A stretch of 64,000 nt of DNA, from assembly GCA_963847335.1 (NCBI GenBank), contig CAWJZF010000004.1:269063-333062 (forward strand). The letters run 5' to 3'. The position numbers and the translations under genes were made by a program. Under the pieces are notes generated by a model. That model saw only the letters and a program-made list of their open reading frames with translations, had not been told where the DNA came from and ran no database searches. Shown here piece after piece: positions 54,649 to 64,000 of the stretch. Position 1 is the stretch's first letter. Each line of letters begins with the position of its first letter. Origin of the DNA: an uncultured Gammaproteobacteria bacterium. GTDB taxonomy: Bacteria > Pseudomonadota > Gammaproteobacteria > Xanthomonadales > Rhodanobacteraceae.

Positions 54649-54739
54649 CGTCATTCCGGACACGCAGGCCGGAATCCAGTGGCGCCAATGCTCCAGGCGG
54701 GCCTGACGCCACTGGATCCCGGCCTGCGCCGGGATGACG
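54649..54739. repeat. Inverted REP pair (REPIN-like)
   Basis: Copies at 54649-54684 and 54707-54739 in opposite orientations. Confidence 0.85.
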
Positions 54740-55085
54740 GTGAGGGGCAGCTGACTCTCTACGCTAATCGGGCTCCCGACGCATGCGAGTTGTTCGCAAT
54801 CGAAGCCCCGCGGCGCCACGCCGCGGGGTCGCAAGGTCGTGCGCCTTGCATGAAAGCGACAATCGGCGGGGTATTTGGCCGGCAAGTCTTGTCCGTATAC
54901 CTGTAGCCACTGGTACAATATCCCGCTTCCCAAGTTTGAATCGTGGATATCCGATACCTCTGGCGCGTTCGCGCGCCTGGCCGCTCCCTGAGGATCGGCT
55001 GCCGGGGGTGCCGGAAACCCTAGCCGGACCGCTCGTTCCCCGCGACGGTCACTGATGCGCCACTGGCGCGGAGGTACGCTGAACC

Positions 55086-55442
55086 GTGCTTGCCCAATAC
55101 TGGCCCGTCCTTTTGTTCATCGCCGTCGCGATCGGCCTTGGCGTCGTGCTCCTGGTGATCGGCCTGCTGGTCGGTCCGAGCCGTCCCGAGTCCGAGAAGC
55201 TCGCACCGTACGAGTGCGGCTTCGAGGCCTTCGAGGATGCGCGCATGAAGTTCGACGTGCGTTATTACCTGGTCGCCATCCTCTTCATCATCTTCGACCT
55301 GGAAATCGCCTTCCTGTTTCCGTGGGCGGTGGTGTTCCAGAAGATCGGCGTGATCGCCCTGGTCGAGATGGCGCTGTTCCTGCTGCTGCTGGTCATCGGT
55401 TTCGCTTACGTGTGGAAGAAGGGAGCGCTGGAATGGGAGTGA
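55086..55442 (+). CDS. nuoA: NADH-quinone oxidoreductase subunit A
   Basis: [25 protein letters not shown]. Confidence 0.96.
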   Translation: MLAQYWPVLLFIAVAIGLGVVLLVIGLLVGPSRPESEKLAPYECGFEAFEDARMKFDVRYYLVAILFIIFDLEIAFLFPWAVVFQKIGVIALVEMALFLLLLVIGFAYVWKKGALEWE

Positions 55443-55987
55443 CCTCGACTATCAGCCGGGTGATGCACAACCCCGAGCCGCTCAACCTCGTCGACGATAT
55501 CCTGAGGCCCGGCGGCGACAACCCGGTCATCCAGCGCGGCTTCGCCACCACCAATATCGATGCGCTGATGAACTGGGCGCGTACCGGTTCGATGTGGCCG
55601 ATGACCTTTGGCCTGGCCTGCTGCGCGGTGGAAATGATGCACGCCGGCGCGGCGCGACTGGACCTGGACCGCTACGGCGTGATCTTCCGTCCCAGCCCGC
55701 GCCAGTCCGATGTGATGATCGTCGCCGGCACCCTGGTCAACAAGATGGCCCCGGCGTTGCGCAAGGTCTACGACCAGATGCCCGACCCGAAGTGGGTCAT
55801 CTCCATGGGCTCGTGCGCCAACGGCGGCGGTTACTACCACTATTCGTATTCGGTGGTGCGCGGTTGCGATCGCATCGTGCCGGTGGACATCTACGTGCCC
55901 GGCTGCCCGCCGACGGCCGAAGCGCTGATCCACGGCATCCTGCAGTTGCAGAAGAAAATCCGTCGCACCCACACGATCGCGCGGTAA
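55433..55987 (+). CDS. nuoB: NADH-quinone oxidoreductase subunit B
   Basis: [23 protein letters not shown]. Confidence 0.96.
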   Translation: MGVTSTISRVMHNPEPLNLVDDILRPGGDNPVIQRGFATTNIDALMNWARTGSMWPMTFGLACCAVEMMHAGAARLDLDRYGVIFRPSPRQSDVMIVAGTLVNKMAPALRKVYDQMPDPKWVISMGSCANGGGYYHYSYSVVRGCDRIVPVDIYVPGCPPTAEALIHGILQLQKKIRRTHTIAR

Positions 55988-55997
55988 AGGCCTGAGC

Positions 55998-56726
55998 ATG
56001 AGCGATACCCAGAAGATCTCGCTGGTCGAGGCGCTTGCCGCGCGGTTCGGCGACCTGCTGGCGGTAACCACCGCCAACAACGAAGTCACCGCCGAACTTG
56101 CCGCCAGCGACCTGATCGCCGTCGCCACCGCCTTGCGCGATGAGGCGGCATTCCGTTTCACCGTCTTCATCGATACCTGCGGCATCGATTATCTCGGCTA
56201 TGGCCAGACCGAATGGGACGTCGATACGGCGCAGGGCGAGGGTTTCTCGCGCGGCGTCGAAGGCGAGGCGATGGGCCGTTTCGCGTGGCGCGATCGTCCA
56301 CGTGACGTCGAGCAGCCGCGCCGTTTCGCCGCGGTGGTTCACCTGCTGTCGATCGAGCACAACCAGCGCATCCGCCTGCGCGTCTTCTGCGAAGACGACT
56401 CGCTGCCGGTGGTGCCGTCGCTGACCGGCATCTGGCCGGGCGCGGACTGGTTCGAGCGCGAGGCATTCGACCTGTTCGGGATCATCTTCGAAGGCCATCC
56501 GGACTTGCGTCGCATCCTCACCGACTACGGTTTCGTCGGCCATCCGTTCCGCAAGGATTTCCCGCTCATCGGCAATGTCGAGGTCCGTTACGACCCCGAG
56601 CAGAAGCGCGTGATCTACGAACCCGTGTCGATCGAGCCGCGCGTGCTGGTCCCGCGCACCATCCGCAACGACGCCGACCTCGACCAGGCCCGCGCCGAAG
56701 CCGCCGACCGCTGGCGGGAGAATTAA
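55998..56726 (+). CDS. nuoC: NADH-quinone oxidoreductase subunit C
   Basis: [37 protein letters not shown]. Confidence 0.96.
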   Translation: MSDTQKISLVEALAARFGDLLAVTTANNEVTAELAASDLIAVATALRDEAAFRFTVFIDTCGIDYLGYGQTEWDVDTAQGEGFSRGVEGEAMGRFAWRDRPRDVEQPRRFAAVVHLLSIEHNQRIRLRVFCEDDSLPVVPSLTGIWPGADWFEREAFDLFGIIFEGHPDLRRILTDYGFVGHPFRKDFPLIGNVEVRYDPEQKRVIYEPVSIEPRVLVPRTIRNDADLDQARAEAADRWREN

Positions 56727-56729
56727 GCC

Positions 56730-57983
56730 GTGCAAGAAATCCGCAATTACACGATGAACTTCGGCCCGCAGCATCCGGCCGCGCACGGTGTGCTGCGCCT
56801 GGTGCTGGAAATGGACGGCGAGACCGTCGTCCGTGCCGATCCGCACGTCGGCCTGCTGCATCGCGGTACCGAGAAGCTCGCCGAGTCCAAGCCGTTCAAC
56901 CAGTCGATCGGTTACATGGACCGCCTCGACTACGTGTCGATGATGTGCAACGAGCACGCCTATGTGCGCGCCATCGAAACCCTGATGGGTATCGAGGCGC
57001 CGATTCGCGCGCAGTACATCCGCACGATGTTCGACGAGATCACCCGCATCCTGAACCACCTGATGTGGATCGGCTCGAACGCGCTCGACCTCGGCGCGAT
57101 GGCCGTCTTCCTCTACGCCTTCCGCGAGCGCGAAGAGTTGATGGACGTCTACGAGGCGGTATCGGGCGCGCGCATGCACGCGACCTATTACCGTCCCGGC
57201 GGCGTCTATCGCGACCTGCCGTCGCAGATGTCCAAGTACCGCGAGTCGCCGTGGCACAAGGGTGCGGACCTCAAGCGCATCAATGCCTGGCGCGAAGGCT
57301 CGATGCTCGATTACCTGACCGCGTTCACCGACGATTTCCCGGCGCGCGTGGACGAGTACGAGAGCCTGCTCACCGGCAACCGTATCTGGAAGCAGCGTAC
57401 CGTCGGCATCGGCGTGATCTCGCCGGAGAAGGCCCAGGCCTGGGGCATGACCGGCGCCATGTTGCGCGGTTCGGGCATCGCCTGGGACCTGCGCAAGAAG
57501 CAGCCGTATGCCGCCTATGAGGCGATGGATTTCGACGTGCCGGTCGGCGTCAACGGCGACTGCTACGACCGTTACCTGGTCCGCGTCGAGGAAATGCGCC
57601 AGTCCAACAACATCGTCAAGCAGTGCATCGCCTGGCTCAAGGCCAACCCGGGCCCGGTGATGGTACAGAACTACAAGGTCGCGCCGCCGCATCGCGAAGA
57701 CATGAAGCGCGACATGGAAGCGCTGATCCATCATTTCAAACTGTTCACCGAAGGCTATGGCGTGCCGGCCGGCGAGACCTATGCCGCGGTCGAGGCGCCC
57801 AAGGGCGAATTCGGCTGCTACCTGGTCTCCGACGGCGCCAACAAGCCCTTCCGCGTGCACCTGCGCGCGCCGGGCTTCGCCCATCTCTCGTCGATGGACT
57901 CCGTGGTCAGCGGTCACATGCTGGCCGACGTCGTTGCCATGATCGGCACCTACGACCTCGTCTTCGGCGAAGTGGATCGCTGA
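56730..57983 (+). CDS. nuoD: NADH-quinone oxidoreductase subunit D
   Basis: [32 protein letters not shown]. Confidence 0.97.
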   Translation: MQEIRNYTMNFGPQHPAAHGVLRLVLEMDGETVVRADPHVGLLHRGTEKLAESKPFNQSIGYMDRLDYVSMMCNEHAYVRAIETLMGIEAPIRAQYIRTMFDEITRILNHLMWIGSNALDLGAMAVFLYAFREREELMDVYEAVSGARMHATYYRPGGVYRDLPSQMSKYRESPWHKGADLKRINAWREGSMLDYLTAFTDDFPARVDEYESLLTGNRIWKQRTVGIGVISPEKAQAWGMTGAMLRGSGIAWDLRKKQPYAAYEAMDFDVPVGVNGDCYDRYLVRVEEMRQSNNIVKQCIAWLKANPGPVMVQNYKVAPPHREDMKRDMEALIHHFKLFTEGYGVPAGETYAAVEAPKGEFGCYLVSDGANKPFRVHLRAPGFAHLSSMDSVVSGHMLADVVAMIGTYDLVFGEVDR

Positions 57984-58000
57984 GGACATCGGGAAAACTC

Positions 58001-58528
58001 ATGAAAGCCACCGGACATTACGAGCAGGTCAAGGACGTCGATCCGACCGCCGCGCTCACCGAACACACCCGCCAGCACATCGATCACTGGGTGTCCAAGT
58101 TTCCGCCGGATCGCAAGCGCTCGGCGCTGATCCAGGGCCTGTTCGTCGCCCAGGAACAGAACGGCGGTTACCTGACCGACGAGCTGATCGGCGCCGTGGC
58201 CAAGTACCTTGGCCTGCCGGCGATCTGGGCATATGAAGTCGCCAGCTTCTACTCGATGTTCGAGACGAAGCCGGTCGGCCGCAACAACGTCGCCATCTGC
58301 ACCAATATCTCGTGCTGGCTCAACGGTGCCGAAGGCCTCGTTCGCCACTGCGAGAAGAAGCTCGGCATCAAGACGGGCGAGAGCACCACCGACGGGCGCA
58401 TCTACCTCAAGCAGGAAGAAGAATGCCTGGCGGCGTGCTGCGGCGCGCCGATGATGGTGGTCAACGGTCATTACCACGAGAACCTCACGACCGAAAAGGT
58501 CGATGAGATCCTCGACGGTCTGAAGTGA
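58001..58528 (+). CDS. nuoE: NADH-quinone oxidoreductase subunit E
   Basis: [21 protein letters not shown] 2Fe-2S motifs. Confidence 0.95.
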   Translation: MKATGHYEQVKDVDPTAALTEHTRQHIDHWVSKFPPDRKRSALIQGLFVAQEQNGGYLTDELIGAVAKYLGLPAIWAYEVASFYSMFETKPVGRNNVAICTNISCWLNGAEGLVRHCEKKLGIKTGESTTDGRIYLKQEEECLAACCGAPMMVVNGHYHENLTTEKVDEILDGLK

Positions 58529-58539
58529 GGCAGGGCAGC

Positions 58540-59872
58540 ATGTCTACCAGCACCGGTCCGGTCGGTCCCGCACCCCAGGAACACCAGGTCGTCTACACGA
58601 CCCTGCATTTCGACAAGCCGTGGTCGCTCGAGAGCTATCTCAAGACCGACGGTTACCAGGCGTGGAAGAAAATCCTCGCCGAGAAACCCGATCCGGCGAC
58701 ACTGATCGACGAACTGAAGAAGAGCGCGTTGCGCGGTCGCGGCGGCGCCGGTTTCCCGACCGGCCTGAAGTGGTCGTTCATGCCACGCACGGCACCGGGC
58801 CAGAAGTACATCCTGTGCAACTCGGACGAGTCGGAGCCGGGCACCTGCAAGGACCGCGACATCCTGCGCTTCAATCCGCATGCGGTGATCGAAGGCCTGG
58901 CCATCGCCTGCTACTGCACCGGCTCGACCGTTGCCTACAATTATCTGCGCGGCGAATTCCACCACGAACCGTTCGAGCACTTCGAGGAAGCGCTCAAGGA
59001 AGCCTATGACGCCGGCCTGCTCGGCAAGGGCATCCAGGGCGGCGACATCGACGTGGACATCTATACGGCGCTCGGCGCCGGCGCGTACATCTGCGGCGAA
59101 GAAACCGCGCTGATGGAATCGCTGGAAGGCAAGAAGGGCCAGCCGCGCTTCAAGCCGCCGTTCCCGGCCGGTTTCGGCCTGTACGGCCGGCCGACCACGA
59201 TCAACAACACCGAGACCTATGCCTCGGTGCCGGCGATCCTGCGCAAGGGCGCCGACTGGTTCCTGAATCTGGGCAAGCCGAACAATGGCGGGCCGAAGAT
59301 CTTCTCGGTCTCCGGTCATGTGCGCCAGGCCGGGCAATTACGAGATCCGCCTCGGCACCTCGTTCAAGGACCTGCTCGAACTGGCCGGCGGTATCCGCGG
59401 CGGCAAGCAGCTGAAGGCGGTCATCCCGGGCGGCTCATCGATGAAGGTGCTGCCGGCGAAGCTGATCAACGAATGCACCATGGACTACGACTCGCTGCAG
59501 AAGGCGGGGTCGGGCCTGGGTTCGGGCGCGGTGATCGTGATGGACGAGGACACCTGCATGGTGCGCGCCTGCCACCGCATCTCGCGCTTCTACATGGCCG
59601 AATCCTGCGGCCAGTGCACGCCGTGCCGCGAAGGCACCGGCTGGATGTACCGCGTGCTGTCGCGCATCGTCGAGGGCAAGGGTACCGAGGACGACCTGCA
59701 TCGCCTGAAGGCGGTTGCCGGCCAGATCGAAGGGCACACCATCTGCGCTTTCGGCGAAGCGGCCGCGTGGCCGGTGCAGGGCTTCCTGTTCCACTTCTGG
59801 AACGAGTTCGAGTACTTCGTGACCCACGGGCGTTCGATGACCGAAGACAAGCAACTGGGAGTCGCAGCCTGA
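58540..59872 (+). CDS. nuoF: NADH-quinone oxidoreductase subunit F (1-nt frameshift near 59325)
   Basis: [12 protein letters not shown] and [10 protein letters not shown], then [12 protein letters not shown] in another frame. Confidence 0.93.
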
Positions 59873-62184
59873 TGAGCGCGCAGCCCGTGAACCACGCCGC
59901 GCCGGACCTCGTCAATATCGAGATCGACGGCGTCCCCGTCCAGATCGCCAAGGGTTCGATGATCATCCAGGCCGCCGATGCGGTCGGGATCGCCATCCCG
60001 CGTTTCTGCTATCACCGCAAACTGCCGATCGCCGCCAACTGCCGCATGTGCCTGGTGGAAATCGAGAAGATGCCCAAGCCCGCGCCGGCCTGCGCCACGC
60101 CGGTAGGCGAGGGCATGAAGGTCTTCACGCGCTCGGACAAGGCGCTGAAGTCGCAGCGCAACGTGATGGAATTCCTGCTGATCAACCATCCGCTGGATTG
60201 CCCGATCTGCGACCAGGGCGGCGAGTGCGAGCTGCAGGACATCTCGCTCGGCTACGGCCGTTCGGTCTCGCGCTTCAACGAGCGCAAGCGCACCGTCTCC
60301 GACGAGAACCTCGGGCCGCTGGTCGCCACCGAGATGACCCGCTGCATCCAGTGCACGCGCTGCGTACGCTTCACCAGCGAGATCGCCGGTACCTATGAGC
60401 TCGGCGGCATGGAACGCGGCGAGAACCTCGAGATCGGCACCTATATCGGCAAGACGATCGAGAGCGAGCTGTCGGGCAATATCATCGATCTCTGCCCGGT
60501 CGGCGCGCTGACCAACAAGCCGTTCCAGTTCCAGGCGCGCGCCTGGGAACTGATCGCGCGCCCGTCGATCGGTTACCACGATGCGCTCGGCTCGAACCTG
60601 TGGCTGCACACCCGCCGCGGCGAAGTGCTGCGCACGGTGCCGCGCGACAACGAAACGATCAACGAGTGCTGGCTGTCCGACCGCGATCGCTACAGCCACC
60701 AGGGCCTGTATGCCGCCGATCGCGTGACCCAGCCGCAGGTCAAGCGTAACGGCCAGTGGGTCGGCACGACCTGGGAAGACGCGCTCGGCGTCGCCGCCGA
60801 AGCGCTGAAGAGCGTGCCCGGTGTCGATCTGGGCATCCTCGCCCACGGCGCGACCTCGAACGAGGAGGGCGAACTGCTGGTGCGCCTCGCGCGCGGTCTG
60901 GGCAGCGCGCATATCGATCACCGCCTGCGCCAGCTCGACTTCGCCGACAACGCCTTCGCGACGCCGTTCGCGTTGCCGGTCTCGGCACTGGCCAAGGTGA
61001 CCTCGGCCCTGATCGTCGGTTCGGACCTCCGCTACGAAGTGCCGTTGCTCAACCATCGCCTGCGCGAGGCGGTGAAGAAGGGCGCCAAGGTCTACGCGGT
61101 CAATCCGGCGCACTTCCGCTTCAATTATCCGCTGGCCGGTGAGGCCGTGGCCGCGCCGCAGGCCCTGGTCGGCGAGTTACTGAAGCTGGCCAAGGTGGCC
61201 GTCGACAACGGCTCGGCCGTGCCACAGGCGCTCTCTGGCGCCTTCGATGGCGTCCAGACCAGCGACGAACACCGCGCCGCCTTCGAGCGCCTGAAGGACG
61301 GCAATGCCGTGGTGCTGTTCGGTGCGGTCGCCGCGACCCATCCGGAAGCGTCCTGGCTGCGCGCGATCGCCCGCTTCATCGCCTCGGCCAGCGGCGCCGC
61401 GTTCAACGAGATCCCGGTCGGCGCCAATGCGATCGGCCTGTCCTCGGTCGGCGTGTTGCCCTCCGCCGGCGGTCTCGACGCGCGGGCCATGCTTGCCCAG
61501 CCGCGCAAGGGTTACCTGCTGTTCGGTGTCGAGCTGCCGCACGACGTCGCCGACCCCGAGCTGGCCCATACGGCGCTGCAGCAGGCGAACACCGTGGTCG
61601 CCTTCTCGGCCTATGCCAACGACACGCTGCGCGAACTTGCCGACGTGATCCTGCCGATCGCGCTGGCGCCGGAGAACGACGCGACCCTGGTCAATGTCGA
61701 CGGTATCGCCCAGGTCATCGGCGCCGGTGCAAAGGCACCTGGCGATGCACGTCCGGGGTGGAAGGTCCTGCGTGCGCTCGGTGGCGTGCTGAACGTCGCC
61801 GGCTTCGAGTTCGACGATCTGGGCGAGCTGCGCGCGAACCTCGGCGAGCGTCCGGCACAGGTGCGTGGTGAACTGGCCAAACGCGGTGAAGCCGTCGCAC
61901 TGGCCCGTCTGTCGACCCTGCCGATCTACCGTGCCGACGCCGTGCTGCGTCGGGCCGGTGCGCTGAACTCGCATCCGCTCAATCGTCCGGCCGCGGCCTA
62001 CGTCAGCGAAGAGGACGCTTCGCGTCTGGGTCTCGCCGACAACGTCCGCGTCGGCGATGGCATCGTCCTGCCGCTCATCGTCGACAAGACCGTGCCCGCC
62101 GGCGCGGTCTGGATCGAGGCGGCGCATCTGGAAACCGCGACGCTGCCGCCTTACGGCGCGGCCATCACCCTGAGCAAGGCGTAA
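59872..62184 (+). CDS. nuoG: NADH-quinone oxidoreductase subunit G
   Basis: [36 protein letters not shown]. Confidence 0.96.
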   Translation: MSAQPVNHAAPDLVNIEIDGVPVQIAKGSMIIQAADAVGIAIPRFCYHRKLPIAANCRMCLVEIEKMPKPAPACATPVGEGMKVFTRSDKALKSQRNVMEFLLINHPLDCPICDQGGECELQDISLGYGRSVSRFNERKRTVSDENLGPLVATEMTRCIQCTRCVRFTSEIAGTYELGGMERGENLEIGTYIGKTIESELSGNIIDLCPVGALTNKPFQFQARAWELIARPSIGYHDALGSNLWLHTRRGEVLRTVPRDNETINECWLSDRDRYSHQGLYAADRVTQPQVKRNGQWVGTTWEDALGVAAEALKSVPGVDLGILAHGATSNEEGELLVRLARGLGSAHIDHRLRQLDFADNAFATPFALPVSALAKVTSALIVGSDLRYEVPLLNHRLREAVKKGAKVYAVNPAHFRFNYPLAGEAVAAPQALVGELLKLAKVAVDNGSAVPQALSGAFDGVQTSDEHRAAFERLKDGNAVVLFGAVAATHPEASWLRAIARFIASASGAAFNEIPVGANAIGLSSVGVLPSAGGLDARAMLAQPRKGYLLFGVELPHDVADPELAHTALQQANTVVAFSAYANDTLRELADVILPIALAPENDATLVNVDGIAQVIGAGAKAPGDARPGWKVLRALGGVLNVAGFEFDDLGELRANLGERPAQVRGELAKRGEAVALARLSTLPIYRADAVLRRAGALNSHPLNRPAAAYVSEEDASRLGLADNVRVGDGIVLPLIVDKTVPAGAVWIEAAHLETATLPPYGAAITLSKA

Positions 62185-62187
62185 TCC

Positions 62188-63240
62188 ATGGCCGAGCAAC
62201 TCTACGACCAACTGTTGATGCCGGTCCTGTTCATCCTGGCGATCGTCGTGCCGCTGATCCTGGCGGTGGCGATGTTCGTGTACTGGGAGCGCAAGGTCAT
62301 CGGCTGGATGCACGTGCGCATGGGGCCGAACAAGGTCGGTCCCTTCGGCCTGCTGCAGGCCTTCGCCGACGTGGTCAAGCTGCTGATCAAGGAAGTGATC
62401 CTTCCGACCAACGCGAACAAGTTCCTGTACTACCTGGCGCCGATGCTGGCCCTGGTCCCGGCGCTGGCCGCCTGGGCGGTGCTGCCGTTCGGGCCGAAGA
62501 CGGTGCTGGCCAACGTCAACGCCGGCGTGCTCTACCTGCTCGCGATGACCTCGATGGGCGTGTACGGCATCATCCTCGCCGGTTGGGCTTCGAACTCGCG
62601 TTACGCACTGCTCGGCGCGATGCGCGCCACCGCGCAGGTGATCTCCTACGAGTTGGCGATGGGCATGGCCATCGTCTGCGTGCTGGTCCTGACCGGTAGC
62701 CTGAACCTGACCGCGATCGTCGAGGCGCAGGTGGGCGGCAAGGGCCTGTTCGACTGGTTCTGGCTGCCGCTGCTGCCGGTCTTCATCATCTACTTCGTGT
62801 CGGGTGTGGCCGAGACCAACCGCGCGCCGTTCGACGTCGCCGAGGGCGAGTCGGAAATCGTCGCCGGCTTCCACGTCGAATATTCCGGTTCCGCGTTCGC
62901 GATCTTCTTCCTGGCCGAATACGCGAACATGATCCTGGTCAGCTTCCTGGCTTCGATCCTGTTCCTGGGCGGTTGGCTGAGCCCCTTCCAGGGCTGGATC
63001 CACGCCGATGCGCCGAACTGGATCAACTGGATCTGGACCGGCGGCTTTGTCTGGCTCTTCATCAAGGCCTTCGTCTTCGCCTTCATGTTCCTGTGGTTCC
63101 GCGCGAGTTTCCCGCGCTACCGCTACGACCAGATCATGCGCCTGGGCTGGAAGGTCTTCATTCCCATCACCATCGTCTGGGTCCTCGTCGCCGGCTGCAT
63201 GAAGTACTTCGGCTGGGTCACCATCGGTACGGGGGCATAA
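62188..63240 (+). CDS. nuoH: NADH-quinone oxidoreductase subunit H
   Basis: [28 protein letters not shown]. Confidence 0.97.
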   Translation: MAEQLYDQLLMPVLFILAIVVPLILAVAMFVYWERKVIGWMHVRMGPNKVGPFGLLQAFADVVKLLIKEVILPTNANKFLYYLAPMLALVPALAAWAVLPFGPKTVLANVNAGVLYLLAMTSMGVYGIILAGWASNSRYALLGAMRATAQVISYELAMGMAIVCVLVLTGSLNLTAIVEAQVGGKGLFDWFWLPLLPVFIIYFVSGVAETNRAPFDVAEGESEIVAGFHVEYSGSAFAIFFLAEYANMILVSFLASILFLGGWLSPFQGWIHADAPNWINWIWTGGFVWLFIKAFVFAFMFLWFRASFPRYRYDQIMRLGWKVFIPITIVWVLVAGCMKYFGWVTIGTGA

Positions 63241-63247
63241 GAGTCCA

Positions 63248-63739
63248 ATGAATTCCATAGCGAGCTACTTCAAGAGCCTGCTCCTGATCGAACTGTTCAA
63301 GGGCATGGGCCTGACCATGCGCTACATGTTCAAGCCCAAGTACACGATGCGCTACCCGATGGAGCACATCCCCAAGTCCAACCGCTTCCGCGGCTTGCAT
63401 GCGTTGCGTCGCTACGCCAACGGCGAAGAACGCTGCATCGCCTGCAAGCTCTGCGAGGCGGTGTGCCCGGCCCTGGCGATCACCATCGATTCGGCGCCGC
63501 GTCCCTCGGACGGCCAGCGCCGCACGACGCGTTACGACATCGACCTGTTCAAGTGCATCTTCTGCGGTTTCTGCGAGGAGAGCTGCCCGGTCGACTCGAT
63601 CGTCGAGACGCATGTGCACGAATACCACTTCGAGCACCGCGGCGAGAACATCGTGAACAAGACCCAGCTCCTGGCGATCGGCGATCGCTTCGAGCAGGAC
63701 ATCGCCGCCGCCCGCGCGCAAGACGCGGCGTTCCGTTGA
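63248..63739 (+). CDS. nuoI: NADH-quinone oxidoreductase subunit I
   Basis: [12 protein letters not shown] and [12 protein letters not shown]. Confidence 0.97.
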   Translation: MNSIASYFKSLLLIELFKGMGLTMRYMFKPKYTMRYPMEHIPKSNRFRGLHALRRYANGEERCIACKLCEAVCPALAITIDSAPRPSDGQRRTTRYDIDLFKCIFCGFCEESCPVDSIVETHVHEYHFEHRGENIVNKTQLLAIGDRFEQDIAAARAQDAAFR

Positions 63740-63755
63740 GGGTGGGAGAAAAGCG

Positions 63756-64000
63756 ATGAGTACCGACCTGCTGCAATTGATCTGTTTTTACCTGTTCGGC
63801 GCCGTGACCATCGGTGCCGCGCTGATGGTCATCACCCTGAGGAACTCGGTCCACGCCGTGCTCTCCCTGGTGCTGACCTTCTTCAGCACCGCCTGCATCT
63901 GGCTGCTGGCCGAGGCCGAGTTCCTGGCCATCGCGCTGATCGTCGTCTATGTCGGCGCGGTGATGGTGCTGTTCCTGTTCGTGGTGATGATGCTCGACAT
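63756..64000 (+). CDS. nuoJ: NADH-quinone oxidoreductase subunit J (truncated by window)
   Basis: NSVHAVLSL...AEFLA...VYVGAVMVLFLFVVMMLD. Confidence 0.93.
   Translation, partial: MSTDLLQLICFYLFGAVTIGAALMVITLRNSVHAVLSLVLTFFSTACIWLLAEAEFLAIALIVVYVGAVMVLFLFVVMMLD

Noticed and set aside
58525-62184. 1219-aa NuoF-NuoG fusion ORF
   Set aside because: Produced by a single frameshift near 59325; the NuoF C-terminus is intact in another frame and NuoG has its own ATG at 59872.

Overview
High-GC gammaproteobacterial chromosome segment; gene order and repeats suggest Xanthomonadales, probably Rhodanobacteraceae (inference). Most of it is core genome: surE-pcm-yqaA-nlpD, rlmE-ftsH, a tRNA cluster, tig-clpP-clpX-lon-hupB-ppiD, fabI-mltD-gloB-rnhA-dnaQ, LPS genes, ffs-dnaX-ybaB-recR, moxR/DUF58/transglutaminase, yceD-rpmF-fab genes, pabBC-mltG-tmk-holB-pilZ and nuoA-J. 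The main anomaly is a 3.6-kb phage-satellite-like insert (22379-25982) carrying an Xis/AlpA-like HTH, a scaffold-like protein, TerS and a podovirus-type tail-fibre N-terminus, with no integrase, capsid or TerL. It sits inside the acceptor stem of tRNA-Ser(CGA); rejoining its flanks rebuilds the tRNA exactly, with no duplicated bases. Other notable items: a 337-bp MITE with terminal inverted repeats and a 10-bp target duplication inserted in a REP hairpin, an RtT-like repeat after tRNA-Ser(GGA), and unusual start regions for fabH and fabF. Dense frameshifts in clpP-clpX-lon and dnaX-recR look like assembly errors, so single-base claims need read-level checks.
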